Source: the human T2T-CHM13v2.0 reference genome, Homo sapiens. Taken from it: DNA of 64,000 nt. The position numbers and the translations under genes were made by a program. A model generated the notes under the pieces. That model had not been told where the DNA came from. It was given only the letters and a program-made list of their open reading frames with translations, and did not search any database. This document shows, piece by piece, positions 23,845 through 42,643 of this stretch. How positions within the stretch are numbered: the first letter of the stretch is position 1; the number at the start of each line of letters is the position of its first letter. The stretch lies in NCBI RefSeq assembly GCF_009914755.1, contig NC_060925.1. The stretch is one strand, 5' to 3'.

Positions 23845-25336
23845 TATAATGAGATGCACGTGGCAAGTCAAGATGCCAAGACACCAGGTTGCAGCAGAGA
23901 AAGAGGTTTAATCAGAGGGTCACCAAAGGAGGAGATGGGAGGAAACCTCTGTAGGGTCCAGCCGTACGGAGCTTAGCGGGTGTTCTCCCCGTGTGTGGAG
24001 ACGAGAGATTGTAATAAATAAAGACACAAGACAAAGAGATAAAGAGAAAGCACCTGGGCCTGCGGGACCACTACTATCAAGATACAGAGACTGGTAGTGG
24101 CCCCGAACGTCTGGGCTCGCTGATATTTTTTGCATACAAGACAAGGAGGCAGGGTAAGGAAGGTAAATCTTCTAAGTGATTGACAAGGTGAAGCAAGTCA
24201 TGTGATTACAGGATCGGGGGCCCTTCCCTTTTAGGTAGCTGAAGCAGAGAGCAGGCAGCATATGTCAGGGTTTTCTTCTCTGCACTTATAAGAAAGATCA
24301 AAGACTTTTAAGACTTTCACTATTTCTTCTACTGCTATCTACTATGAGCTTCGAAGAGGAACCAGGAGTGCGGGAGGAGCATGAAAGTGGACAAGGAGCA
24401 TGACCCTTGAAGCACAGCACCACAGGGAGGGGTTTAGGCCTCTGGATGACTGCGGGCAGGCCTGGATAATATCCAGCCTTCCACAAGAAGCTGGTGGAGG
24501 ACAGTGTTCCCTGACTCCTCCAAGGAAAGGAGACTCCCTTTTGCCGGTCTGCTAAGTAACAGGTGCCTTCCCAGACACTGGAGTTACTGCTTGACCAAGG
24601 AGCGCTCCAGCGGCCCTTATGCCGGCATGACAGAGGGTTCACCTCTTGCCTTCTAGGTCACTTCTCCCAATGTCCCTTCAGCACCTGACCCTATACCCGC
24701 CGGTTATTCCTAGGTTATATTAGTAATGGAACAAAGAGTAATATTAAAAGCTAATGATTAATAATGTTTATAATAATGATTGATAATTGTTCATGATCAT
24801 CTCTGTATCTAATTTGTATTATGACTATTCTTATTCTATTTTCTTTATTATACTGAAACAGTTTGTGCCTTCAGTGTCTTGCCTCGGCACCTAGGTAATC
24901 CTCTGCCCACACCTCAAATCCATCTCCCCAAGGAATTTGGGGCTAGGGTTGTAAAAATGTTGGACTGGGCCAAAGTGTGGAGATGGTTGACTGGTTGCAG
25001 GGTGTAGGGTGAGGTCCTGGGACAAGGAGATGAAGAAGCTGTCTTCTCATGCCAATCCCGTTCCTCTGTGAGGGTCTTCAAACTGGTTGCCGGAATTAGG
25101 GGTCCGTAAAACATCTTAAGTGATCCTTAAACAAAAGTCTTAGGATCCTAATGTCAGAAATCCTATCTACAGAAACAACGGGGATGCAGATGGTCAGTGT
25201 CTAGGGCTACGTGACTTTTTGCAATAAGGAAATGGGCCAAAGTGCAGCCTGATTACTGCTTCATTATAACTATTAATATATTTCTGTCCAGAACCCAGCA
25301 TGCAATTTTTGTCAACCCTGTGGAGATGGTTTTACA
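23845..25336 (-). mobile_element. ERV1/MER4-group solo LTR split by LTR13 (pieces ~23845-23949 and 24912-25336)
   Basis: AGAGAAAGAGGTTTAAT...GGAGATGGGAGGAAACCTC|AAATCCATCTCCCC...GGGGCTAGGG is contiguous once LTR13 is removed; subfamily not assigned. Confidence 0.7.
23950..24911 (-). mobile_element. LTR13-type (ERVK, HERV-K13/HML-4) solo LTR, 962 bp
   Basis: - strand begins TGTGGGCAGAGGATTACCTAGGTGCCGAGGCAAGACACTGAAGGCACAAACTGTTTCAGTATAATAAAG and ends ...CCCTACA (TG...CA termini); flanked by duplicated CCTC. Confidence 0.85.
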
Positions 25337-25518
25337 ATCAACACCCAGATCAAGAACACTTAATATTTAGACAAATCTCCTGAGTCTTTTTCCTCTGCCT
25401 AGTTTCTTGTTTGTTTTTACACAGCCATGATTATTCTGTATCCTCAGCTCTGCATCCTGCCTTTCACACTTAGCACTATAACACAGGCATTCTTTCACAT
25501 TAGTACAAATTCTTGTAA

Positions 25519-26372
<854 letters not shown>

Positions 26373-27171
26373 TGAATTCTTTGAAATCCAGAGTGTAATG
26401 ATTCTCTCCTCAGTCCTTTCTTACAGGAGAACTCCATTCAATGACTCAGCATAGCTCCAGTCAGCAGCCCTGCTGGGCTCTCTTCCTGTGTGGTGTCCAC
26501 ATGGTGAAGCCCTAAATAATATTCTGCAGATTGTTTATTTCATTTGGATACCAAGCTAAAAGCCAGTGGCAGATTTGGAGCCAACTATTAATTATTTATC
26601 ATAACAAGGACAGGAATAACCTGTCGATATAAAAAGAAACCCAAGGAAAATCCCCAAATCTTGTTTTTGACATTGGTTTCCCCTCCTCTTTCCCAGCCCT
26701 TCCTGGAGTAACTGATCTTCCATGGAATTGAGGGAGGCCACCTTGTTCCCACTTTGGGGTTAGGAGGCATGTCAGTCACAAAGTGGGAAGCAAGAGGGAG
26801 GGGCTGAGGCTTGGGGCACTGGCCACCCTGGCACAGTTGAAGGGCCCCTTTAGGAAGGGGACGTGACTGTGTTTTTGAAGATCCATGTCACCATTTCATC
26901 TTTCTTTGAGCTGTCAAGTGACTTTTCTCAGTTACTGAGCCCTGGCTTTGGGCCCAGAGTGGAGCACTGTGAACCAAGCTGTGATCAGAAAGATGTCTAT
27001 CTCCTTCCTGTGTAGCATTGACTTTCCTGTCAGATGAGTCAAATTGTGCCCAGTGGTGCCCACAGTTGAGTCTGTGGGAAGTCACCAGCATGGTGGGAGT
27101 GGACCGAGAGGCGTAGGGAGAACTGGGGAGGTCAGCAACATTAGGAGCAAGAGGAACAGGAAGGCAGTTGA

Positions 27172-27625
<454 letters not shown>

Positions 27626-27782
27626 TAAATGGATTTGGGACTGATGATGTGTACCTAATGAACAGCCTCTGCAATGGGACAATTAAGGGACTGTTAAGTG
27701 ACTTTTTGGTGCCTCAGTTTCTTCACTTGTAAATTGGACCAACAATACACATCTATTTCCTTGGGAGTGTTTTGGAAACTCA

Positions 27783-28140
<358 letters not shown>

Positions 28141-28285
28141 GACAGCTGATAGTTATTGCTCCTTTGAGCCGAAACCTGGGCGCGCCAGGCCACCAGGGCA
28201 GCCAGCTGTTGGTGTTTTCCACTGTGGGCTTGTCACAGGGGGAGCTAAAAATCTGTGTGGTTTGTCTTTGTGTGTTTGTGTGAAG

Positions 28286-28317
28286 GTTCAAGAAGACGTG
28301 GAAGCTGCGGGCTCTGA
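28286..28317 (+). CDS. IL6R: Alternative frame of exon 10 used when exon 9 is skipped: (G)SRRRGSCGL* of differentially spliced soluble IL-6R
   Basis: Exon 8 G + GT TCA AGA AGA CGT GGA AGC TGC GGG CTC TGA (stop 28315-28317); matches the known DS-sIL-6R C-terminus. Confidence 0.93.
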
Positions 28318-28532
28318 AGGAAGGCAAGACAAGCATGCATCCGCCGTACTCTTTGGGGCAGCTGGTCCCGGAGAGGCCTCGACCCACCCCAGTGCTTGTT
28401 CCTCTCATCTCCCCACCGGTGTCCCCCAGCAGCCTGGGGTCTGACAATACCTCGAGCCACAACCGACCAGATGCCAGGGACCCACGGAGCCCTTATGACA
28501 TCAGCAATACAGACTACTTCTTCCCCAGATAG
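28286..28532 (+). CDS. IL6R: IL6R exon 10 coding part, cytoplasmic tail (R)FKKTWKLRALKEGKTSMHPPYSLGQL...DYFFPR*; includes YSLG and LI sorting motifs
   Basis: tgtgtgaAG acceptor (28284-28285); ORF 28335..28532 in the track is its C-terminal part; TAG at 28530-28532. Confidence 0.98.
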
Positions 28533-29647
28533 CTGGCTGGGTGGCACCAGCAGCCTGGACCCTGTGGATGACAAAACACAAACGGGCTCAGCAAAAGATG
28601 CTTCTCACTGCCATGCCAGCTTATCTCAGGGGTGTGCGGCCTTTGGCTTCACGGAAGAGCCTTGCGGAAGGTTCTACGCCAGGGGAAAATCAGCCTGCTC
28701 CAGCTGTTCAGCTGGTTGAGGTTTCAAACCTCCCTTTCCAAATGCCCAGCTTAAAGGGGTTAGAGTGAACTTGGGCCACTGTGAAGAGAACCATATCAAG
28801 ACTCTTTGGACACTCACACGGACACTCAAAAGCTGGGCAGGTTGGTGGGGGCCTCGGTGTGGAGAAGCGGCTGGCAGCCCACCCCTCAACACCTCTGCAC
28901 AAGCTGCACCCTCAGGCAGGTGGGATGGATTTCCAGCCAAAGCCTCCTCCAGCCGCCATGCTCCTGGCCCACTGCATCGTTTCATCTTCCAACTCAAACT
29001 CTTAAAACCCAAGTGCCTTAGCAAATTCTGTTTTTCTAGGCCTGGGGACGGCTTTTACTTAAACCGCCAAGGCTGGGGGAAGAAGCTCTCTCCTCCCTTT
29101 CTTCCCTACAGTTGAAAAACAGCTGAGGGTGAGTGGGTGAATAATACAGTATCTCAGGGCCTGGTCGTTTTCAACAGAATTATAATTAGTTCCTCATTAG
29201 CATTTTGCTAAATGTGAATGATGATCCTAGGCATTTGCTGAATACAGAGGCAACTGCATTGGCTTTGGGTTGCAGGACCTCAGGTGAGAAGCAGAGGAAG
29301 GAGAGGAGAGGGGCACAGGGTCTCTACCATCCCCTGTAGAGTGGGAGCTGAGTGGGGGATCACAGCCTCTGAAAACCAATGTTCTCTCTTCTCCACCTCC
29401 CACAAAGGAGAGCTAGCAGCAGGGAGGGCTTCTGCCATTTCTGAGATCAAAACGGTTTTACTGCAGCTTTGTTTGTTGTCAGCTGAACCTGGGTAACTAG
29501 GGAAGATAATATTAAGGAAGACAATGTGAAAAGAAAAATGAGCCTGGCAAGAATGCGTTTAAACTTGGTTTTTAAAAAACTGCTGACTGTTTTCTCTTGA
29601 GAGGGTGGAATATCCAATATTCGCTGTGTCAGCATAGAAGTAACTTA

Positions 29648-30029
<382 letters not shown>

Positions 30030-30770
30030 TATTTTCCCTATTAGAGAAGAGATTGTGGTTTCATTCTGTATTTTGTTTTTGTCTTAAAAAGTGGAAAAAT
30101 AGCCTGCCTCTTCTCTACTCTAGGGAAAAACCAGCGTGTGACTACTCCCCCAGGTGGTTATGGAGAGGGTGTCCGGTCCCTGTCCCAGTGCCGAGAAGGA
30201 AGCCTCCCACGACTGCCCGGCAGGGTCCTAGAAATTCCCCACCCTGAAAGCCCTGAGCTTTCTGCTATCAAAGAGGTTTTAAAAAAATCCCATTTAAAAA
30301 AAATCCCTTACCTCGGTGCCTTCCTCTTTTTATTTAGTTCCTTGAGTTGATTCAGCTCTGCAAGAATTGAAGCAGGACTAAATGTCTAGTTGTAACACCA
30401 TGATTAACCACTTCAGCTGACTTTTCTGTCCGAGCTTTGAAAATTCAGTGGTGTTAGTGGTTACCCAGTTAGCTCTCAAGTTATCAGGGTATTCCAGAGT
30501 GGGGATATGATTTAAATCAGCCGTGTAACCATGGACCCAAAATTTACCAGACCACAAAACTTTTCTAATACTCTACCCTCTTAGAAAAACCACCACCATC
30601 ACCAGACAGGTGCGAAAGGATGAAAGTGACCATGTTTTGTTTACGGTTTTCCAGGTTTAAGCTGTTACTGTCTTCAGTAAGCCGTGATTTTCATTGCTGG
30701 GCTTGTCTGTAGATTTTAGACCCTATTGCTGCTTGAGGCAACTCATCTTAGGTTGGCAAAAAGGCAGGAT

Positions 30771-30918
30771 GGCCGGGCGCGGTGGCTCACGCCTGTAATC
30801 CTAGCACTTTGGGAGGCCAAGGTGGGAGGATTGCTTGAGCTCAGGAGTTTGAGACCAACCTGGGTAACATAGTGAGACACCATCTCTATTATGAACAATA
30901 ACAGTTAAGAAAAAAAAA
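30771..30918 (+). mobile_element. FLAM-type Alu monomer in IL6R 3'UTR
   Basis: Left monomer only; TSD AAAAAGGCAGG. Confidence 0.85.
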
Positions 30919-32580
30919 GGCAGGCAGGCGGTTATGGTGGTTCCCTCCCATCCCACCACATAAAGTTTCTGAGACTTGAGAACAGCAAAATGCTGTTAAA
31001 GGGAAATATTAAGAATGAGAATCTGCAGTAAGGGTGATTCTGTGCCCACAGTTCTTCAATTCTTTATACCGTTTTACCCACATGTGGTGTTACCAAAGCC
31101 GGGCAGAACCATGCTAGCGGAAGATGTGAAATCCAGATAGCTCATTATTGCCAAGAGCTAGGCAGCTTTGATCTCCAAATTGTTATTGCTTTCATTTTTA
31201 TTGTAATGGAATTGCTTTGTTTTGTTTTTTTGTTTTTGTATTGAAGAGGGTTGTTTTCCCTTTATTTTTCATAAGCTAATGTAAATGAAGAAAAAATGTC
31301 TTCTCTGGGCTGTAGGCCTGGCTCAGCGTACACAGGTATACATCCTAAGCTCTCTATGTTCTCTAATCTGTGGTGACTGAACATGTGTCTCAATGCACGG
31401 GGCATTTCTACCTGTGTTTCTGCAGCACCCCCACTGCCTTGAGTCCCCAGCAGTGCTGTTATTTGCCTAACACCTGTAGCCATCTGCCACGCAGCCAGAC
31501 GTGAAACGCTGAGACAGAGACCATTTAGGTTAAATACGACAGCTTATCCTGCTGGGTGGGGAAAGTAAAAAATATGCTGGTTCAAGGCCTAAAGTAAAAT
31601 GATCAATAATGTTTGTAGCATTAATGAAATATTTTCAAGAAATGTGTCCAGGGGTAGCACTGGCTATGTTGACGAGGCCTTTGGTAACTCAGAGAGCTCT
31701 TGGCCCTGATGGGGACTTGCCCTTACGCTTTCTTTATCAGGCTCTGAGTTCACACGGAGCCTCTGGCACTTCCCTGCTGTCTTGGGAGAAAGGAAACTGG
31801 TTGCCGCGGCAGGTTGTGGAATCTGTTGCTGGAACCAGGCTGGAAGCCCACCTGGTAGTGAACAGGGCCCAGTGGGGCAGGCTGGGCATGTTGTGGTCTA
31901 TGGGTTTGTTTCCTGGAGAATGTTCAGGAATGTCTTCCCAGCTGCTTTGGTGCTGAGCTCTATTATCTCACAGCACGTCCAGAAGGCTAACCCAGGTGGG
32001 GAGGATGCTGACACCAGCTCCAGGTGGAGTTGGTGGTCTTAATTTGGAGATGCAGGGGCAACCTGTGACCCTTTGAGGCAAGAGCCCTGCACCCAGCTGT
32101 CCCGTGCAGCCGTGGGCAGGGGCTGCACACGGAGGGGCAGGCGGGCCAGTTCAGGGTCCGTGCCAGGCCCTCCTCAGTGCCCTGTGAAGGCCTCCTGTCC
32201 TCCGTGCGGCTGGGCACCAGCACCAGGGAGTTTCTATGGCAACCTTAGTGATTATTAAGGAACACTGTCAGTTTTATGAACATATGCTCAAATGAAATTC
32301 TACTTTAGGAGGAAAGGATTGGAACAGCATGTCACAAGGCTGTTAATTAACAGAGAGACCTTATTGGATGGAGATCACATCTGTTAAATAGAATACCTCA
32401 ACTCTACGTTGTTTTCTTGGAGATAAATAATAGTTTCAAGTTTTTGTTTGTTTGTTTTACCTAATTACCTGAAAGCAAATACCAAAGGCTGATGTCTGTA
32501 TATGGGGCAAAGGGTCAGTATATTTTTCAGTGTTTTTTTTCTACCAGCTATTTTGCATTTAAAGTGAACATTGTGTTTGG

Positions 32581-32586
32581 AATAAA
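32581..32586 (+). terminator. IL6R: IL6R polyadenylation signal AATAAA
   Basis: Canonical hexamer after a U-rich upstream tract, with U/GU-rich sequence downstream. Confidence 0.85.
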
Positions 32587-33707
32587 TACTCTTAAAAAAT
32601 ACCCTTGAAATGTAATTATTGCTTTGGGCATCTGGGTCATCTAAAAAAAAAAGGCTTGCCTGATTCATGAGGAGAAAGGAGTGAGGAAGGGGGGATAATT
32701 AAGTAGAACCATTTTTGGGGGGGTATCCCCTTAATGCAGGATTAAAGGACCGCTCAAAAGTAGGTAAGTTCAAGGAAGAAGCAGCAATTTCTCAGAAGGC
32801 TTTAATTATGACAGTATTTCCCACACGAGTCCTGGGATTTCTGGAAGGGGTGTGTGGGATTTTGCCACGCTTACATCACATTACCAGGTGGTGGACAGGT
32901 GGGGAAGGAAAAGGAAGGGCCATTATTTGTCAGAAGACTGTTTATTGGACCTGGGAGGGGGTGTAACACTATCACAAAGGCCACCCTGAACTCTTGATCA
33001 TCAGATAGACCAAATCCATCCCCTACTGAAAAGGATCTTAGGTAGGAAAAACTTGGGACACAGCCATCCACATCTTCCAAACAGAGGAAAAGCCATCATG
33101 CGGACTCTTTGTGGGTGAGAGCTACTGTGTAAACAGTTCAGGGATGGGGAGGCGAGAACTGCAGGGAAGCCTGGAAATTATGTAACTCCACTCAAAGCTG
33201 GACTGAGAGGCGCCGCCTCTGGGCCCCCACCTGGGCAGTCAGAGGAAAGCCACAGGACAGGTGATGGTGGCCGCCATCTCCTTCAGGACACCATGCTCTC
33301 CTCTTTGAGGCTGGTCCTTGTCTTGCAGAAAGTGACACAGGGACCAGATGTCACCCAGGTGGCCAGGCTGCGTGGGCCATGGAGGGGGCACGGGAGTGGG
33401 CACTGGAGCCAGGACGTGGAGGGAGCTGCCTCCCTTTCTTCATGGCATTGCTGTTAGGATGACATGGTTACGGTGCTCTTTCCAGAAGAACTTAGGAGAG
33501 CAGATGGTGATTTCTGTAGAGGATGGCAAGGAATATGCAGTTACTGGAGCAGCCTTCTAAGAAAGCATTTTCCTTATTTACTGAGGCACAGGGCAACCAA
33601 ACCTTTCTGAATATCTGTGAGAATTACAGGGCAGAGGCAGGAAACAGTGTTTGCCATCCTCCATCCTCCAGTAGCAGAGGTGTGCTGGCGAGGTGAAAGG
33701 CCTTTTA

Positions 33708-35285
<1,578 letters not shown>

Positions 35286-36002
35286 TTATCAGAAGAGCAA
35301 CTTTATTCTATTTTGGTTTTTAAATTAGTGTGCTGCTCTATAAGAGTTTTTAAATGATGGAGAGAGGTACGGCATGGTAGAGTCTGTTACCAGAGATAGA
35401 TGAAGAGAGAAGTAAAAAGCAGAGGAAGCCAGCACCTGCACGCACCACTCACGCAGGCAGCGTGTTTTCCTGCAGAACATAAATGCACCTCAGCATGTAA
35501 TGCGGCCAGCTTGTTAGAACCCCATTCCTGGCTTCACCCTCAGGGATTCCAGTTCAATAGGTCTGAGCTGGGCCCCTAGAAAGCTATATAAGCTGCCCAG
35601 ATGGTTCTGATGAAGGTGGTGATCCATCCTGAGAGTGGCTGGACCGTGAGTTCCACAATGAGGTGGATGCTGGGGGTTCCTCATACTTCCGGACCTGGTG
35701 GGCTTCAGTGGATCCCTTCTGTGGGTGGGCCTGTGCATCAGAAGGAGGCCAGGTGCCAACCTTTGACCCGGGCAATCACAGTAGCATGAGTGTAAGTTAC
35801 ACAGGTGATGCTGCTGTACAGCCAGCTTTGAAGATCTCTGTGCTGGGGACCGCAGGGCTAGAGGTAAGATTCACAGCAACATGTTTCAGTGGGTGTTAAC
35901 TAGAAAACAAAAATCTATGGCAGCAAAGCAGTACACCAACTGGCCTTACTGGTTACCTAGAAGTTCACAGGCCCTTTGTGGTAGAGATATCTACTAAAAT
36001 TA

Positions 36003-36964
<962 letters not shown>

Positions 36965-37645
36965 GTAAATAACGGCTACCATTTACTGCCTCTCCACCAT
37001 GTGCTTTATAAACAGGATATTCTTCCTTAATGTGGCTGCCATGTAAGTATTCTCACCTGTTTACAGATGAGGCAACTGAGGCTTATATTGAAGATGGTGG
37101 TCCAAGATGCCCACGCTAGTTAAGAGGCTGAACTAGACTCCAAACCTGGGCCTGCTGGACTGGAAGGCTGGTGCTCTTTGCTTTTGCCATGGGGCTCCGG
37201 CCCCCAGCCACTGGTGACTACCTCATGGGCTTCTCTTACCAAGCCCTTTCTCAGGCCAGGTGCCCTCACCCTGTGTGGGGTGGGGCCTGACCCACTCACC
37301 CCGGGAGGAGATGGACCTGGTATCCTCATGTGGTTTGTCACGTTTATCAGTGTGAGCTGGGGCTGGAGGCTGACCCATGGGAGTCTGAGCGCACATACAA
37401 AGGCATGGCTTGGGGGCTCCCATAGGTGATCCTAAGGCAGTGGCAGCCAGAGATGGGTCTCAAAGGAGAGGGGCAAAACTAGTTCCTGACATAGTTAACT
37501 CTCTCTGATCAGGGACCAAATCAAGCCACTTCCCCTCCATCTATACCTAGCCACACCTCTGCACTGCATGAATGGTTTGGTTTTTTCCTGTTGGTTCCTT
37601 GGTATAAACTTTGATGAACTTCCTGAAAATTCTCAAATTGTGCTT

Positions 37646-39103
<1,458 letters not shown>

Positions 39104-39204
39104 CATTGTATTAGTTTCTAAAAAAGCTTGAGATTCTCCATTTTAAAACGTGCAAGGGTTTTAGAAAGAATGTTTCTCTTGCAAGTACACCATCTGAAGC
39201 AGTC

Positions 39205-39782
39205 CAGGACGGTGCAGTGGCTCACACCTACAATCCTTGTACTTTGGGAGGCTGAGTCAGGATGATTGCTTCAGCCCAGGAGTTCGAGATCAGCCTAAGC
39301 AATATAGTGAGACCTTGTCGCTACAAAAATTCAAAACATTAGCCAGGTATGGTGGCGCACACCTGTGGTCCCAGCCACTTGGGAAGTTGAGGTGGGAGAA
39401 TTGCTTGAGCCCAGAAGGTCAAGGTTGTGGTGAGCCATGATAACACCATCGCACTCCTGCCTGGGAAACAGAGAAGACCCTGTCTCAAAAATAAAGTAAA
39501 ATCAGGCCGAGCACGGTGGTTCATGCCTGTAATCCCAGCACTTTGGGAGGTCGAGGCAGGCAGATCACAAGGTCAGGCGTTTGAGATCAGCCTGGCCAAC
39601 ATAGTGAAACCCCGTCTCTACTAAAAATACAAAAATTAGCCAGGTGTGGTGGTGGGCACCTATAATCCCAGCTACTCAGGAGGCTGAGGCTTGGACCCGG
39701 GAAGCAGAGGTTGCAGTGAGCCACGATTGCATCACTGCACTCCAGCCTAGGCGACAGAGTGAGACTCTGTCTCAAAAAAAAA
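39205..39782 (+). mobile_element. Tandem AluJ (39205-39500) and AluS (39504-39782)
   Basis: Alu motifs. Confidence 0.88.
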
Positions 39783-40454
39783 GTAAAGCAATCCAAAATA
39801 ATCCATACCGTCTCAGAAAAAAAAAAAAGTAGAATAAAGCAATCTGAAATAATCCACACCTTTTTTATCTTTTAAGTAAAATATGTTTCTTGCCAACAAC
39901 ATGCTGGTTGATAGCTTGATCAACAAATTGGCTTTTATGTGCTCATCAAGTAATAATTTATCTTTCCCTCAATCCAAATTAGTAAACCTGTTTATTTATG
40001 CACATAAATTAGAAGGCAATCATTTAAAAATGTCATGTAGAAAGTATTTTAAATTTGAATCAAGACATTACAGTGATTCATACTACATGATTCACAAAGG
40101 GGAAGTAATTCTGGTGCTACCTGTGGATTCTGGAAATGATAACCTCATGCCTCACACTGAATCTCCTCAAGGTATGTTTATCAGAGCTTAAATGACCTTC
40201 AGGACTTCACACTACCCAGTTCTACAGGCAGAGCCTCTCCCAAGCAGGGGAAAGGCTGCCTAGGCCCATGGACACAACTTGCCAGACCCAGCAGAGGATT
40301 GTCCTGGAGGTGGAGATGGATACCGAAAACCCAATTCCTTTTTCCCTTGCTCTGAGTCCATGTGCCCCTCTATGGGTAGAGAGCACATTGATCACACAGG
40401 TGACCTGAATGTCCAGTCTGCTAGATGCATTTCCATTGTAAGATAATAGACTGG

Positions 40455-41280
<826 letters not shown>

Positions 41281-42637
41281 TGCCAGCGTCAGTTATGGGA
41301 GTAGCAAGATAATGAAGCACACCCTGCCCAGTGGCTTCCAGAAGTTCCTGGTCTACAAGGTCAAGGAGCCGGAATGAAGCGCTGCTGATGTGCAACAAAT
41401 TATACTGAGCTGAGATTGCTCACAATGTTTCCTCCAGAACCACAAGGCCACTGTGGAGCGAGCAGCCCCGTGGGCCATCAGTCACCACTCCCAAGGCCAG
41501 GCTGTGCAGCGAAGAAAATGAACAGACAACTCAGTCTATGTTTTGTTTTTAAATGAAATCATAAAAAGTGCAAAAAAAAAAAAAAAAAACACTCTAGAGT
41601 GAGACCTGGGCCGCAATCTGGGCTCTACCACTTACTATGACTGACCCAAGACAAGTTATTTCATCATTCTAAGCACCCGTGTTTTTATCTGAAAAACAAG
41701 GTTCCCACCTGGCTGAGTTGTGGCAGATTAAATGAGATGCTGTATGATGAAAAGCATTTGTTCAGCAGCACACCTGGTGCGGAAAAAGAGTCTATTCTCA
41801 CTACTTACATCTTGGCCTTTCACAGGGTCAGAATCCAACATTCAACACTCAAACCCTGGGTGCTTGTAAACACGTGTTCAATCTGAATTCTGAAAACCAT
41901 TACTCTAATTGCTCGGGTGGTGGGTGGCGGGAGCATTTCTTAATGCAAACTTCCTCTTCTCTTAAACACAGATGGGTTAAAACAATAGGCACTTGTTCCA
42001 CCTGGTGGCAACTTACATAAATGTTTAATGGAAGTTAAAAACTTGAAACCATGTTAGGAATTTTGGAGGGGAAAACTTTTTGATGGCAGACTCAACAGTA
42101 TGCCCTTCTAGGACCTGACGTGAATTTATTTGTGCATTTCCAAATAGGAGCTTCCAACAGGGCTTCTCCACCATTGGCTGTGTATCCAAATCACCTGGTA
42201 CAATTTTTTTTTAAAATAGGTTTTTGAACTTTGCAACAGACTTAGGGCATCCCACAGATGGCATGGGACATTTGTATTAATAACAAACTGATAAAAACAG
42301 AAGCAGAGCCCAAATCTTCTATCTAGTGAGGGATGAGAACCAGTGCACTAACTTTCGACTCAGGAAGAGATGGGCCAGGAAATGGCAGTAAAACATCACT
42401 GTATTACTATTTTACTTGGGAAGAAAAACATAATAGAAGGACTCTAAATGTGAACAGAGTAAATAAAAGATAGAATCTGCTGGTTATGTTCCATCATGGT
42501 GTTTCTATATTTCATTAATGGTGACTGCAAATGAAACTCTGCTGTAGCTCTTACCATGGGAAGTATTTTTCTGAAGGAAGATGATTCTCAGAGCTAACTG
42601 AATTAAGCAAAACCACTGTAGTTTTCTTGGAATAATG

Positions 42638-42643
42638 TTTATT
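42638..42643 (-). terminator. SHE: Probable SHE polyadenylation signal (TTTATT on +)
   Basis: Canonical AATAAA on the - strand at the end of a long AT-rich UTR-like stretch. Confidence 0.65.

Noticed and set aside
31609-31956. 115-aa ATG-initiated ORF in the IL6R 3'UTR
   Set aside because: No recognisable domain or splice context, and the length is within chance for GC-rich UTR; Ribo-seq or PhyloCSF support would be needed.
33200-33220. AGAGGGCGC CTCF-like core
   Set aside because: The 5' half of the motif matches poorly.
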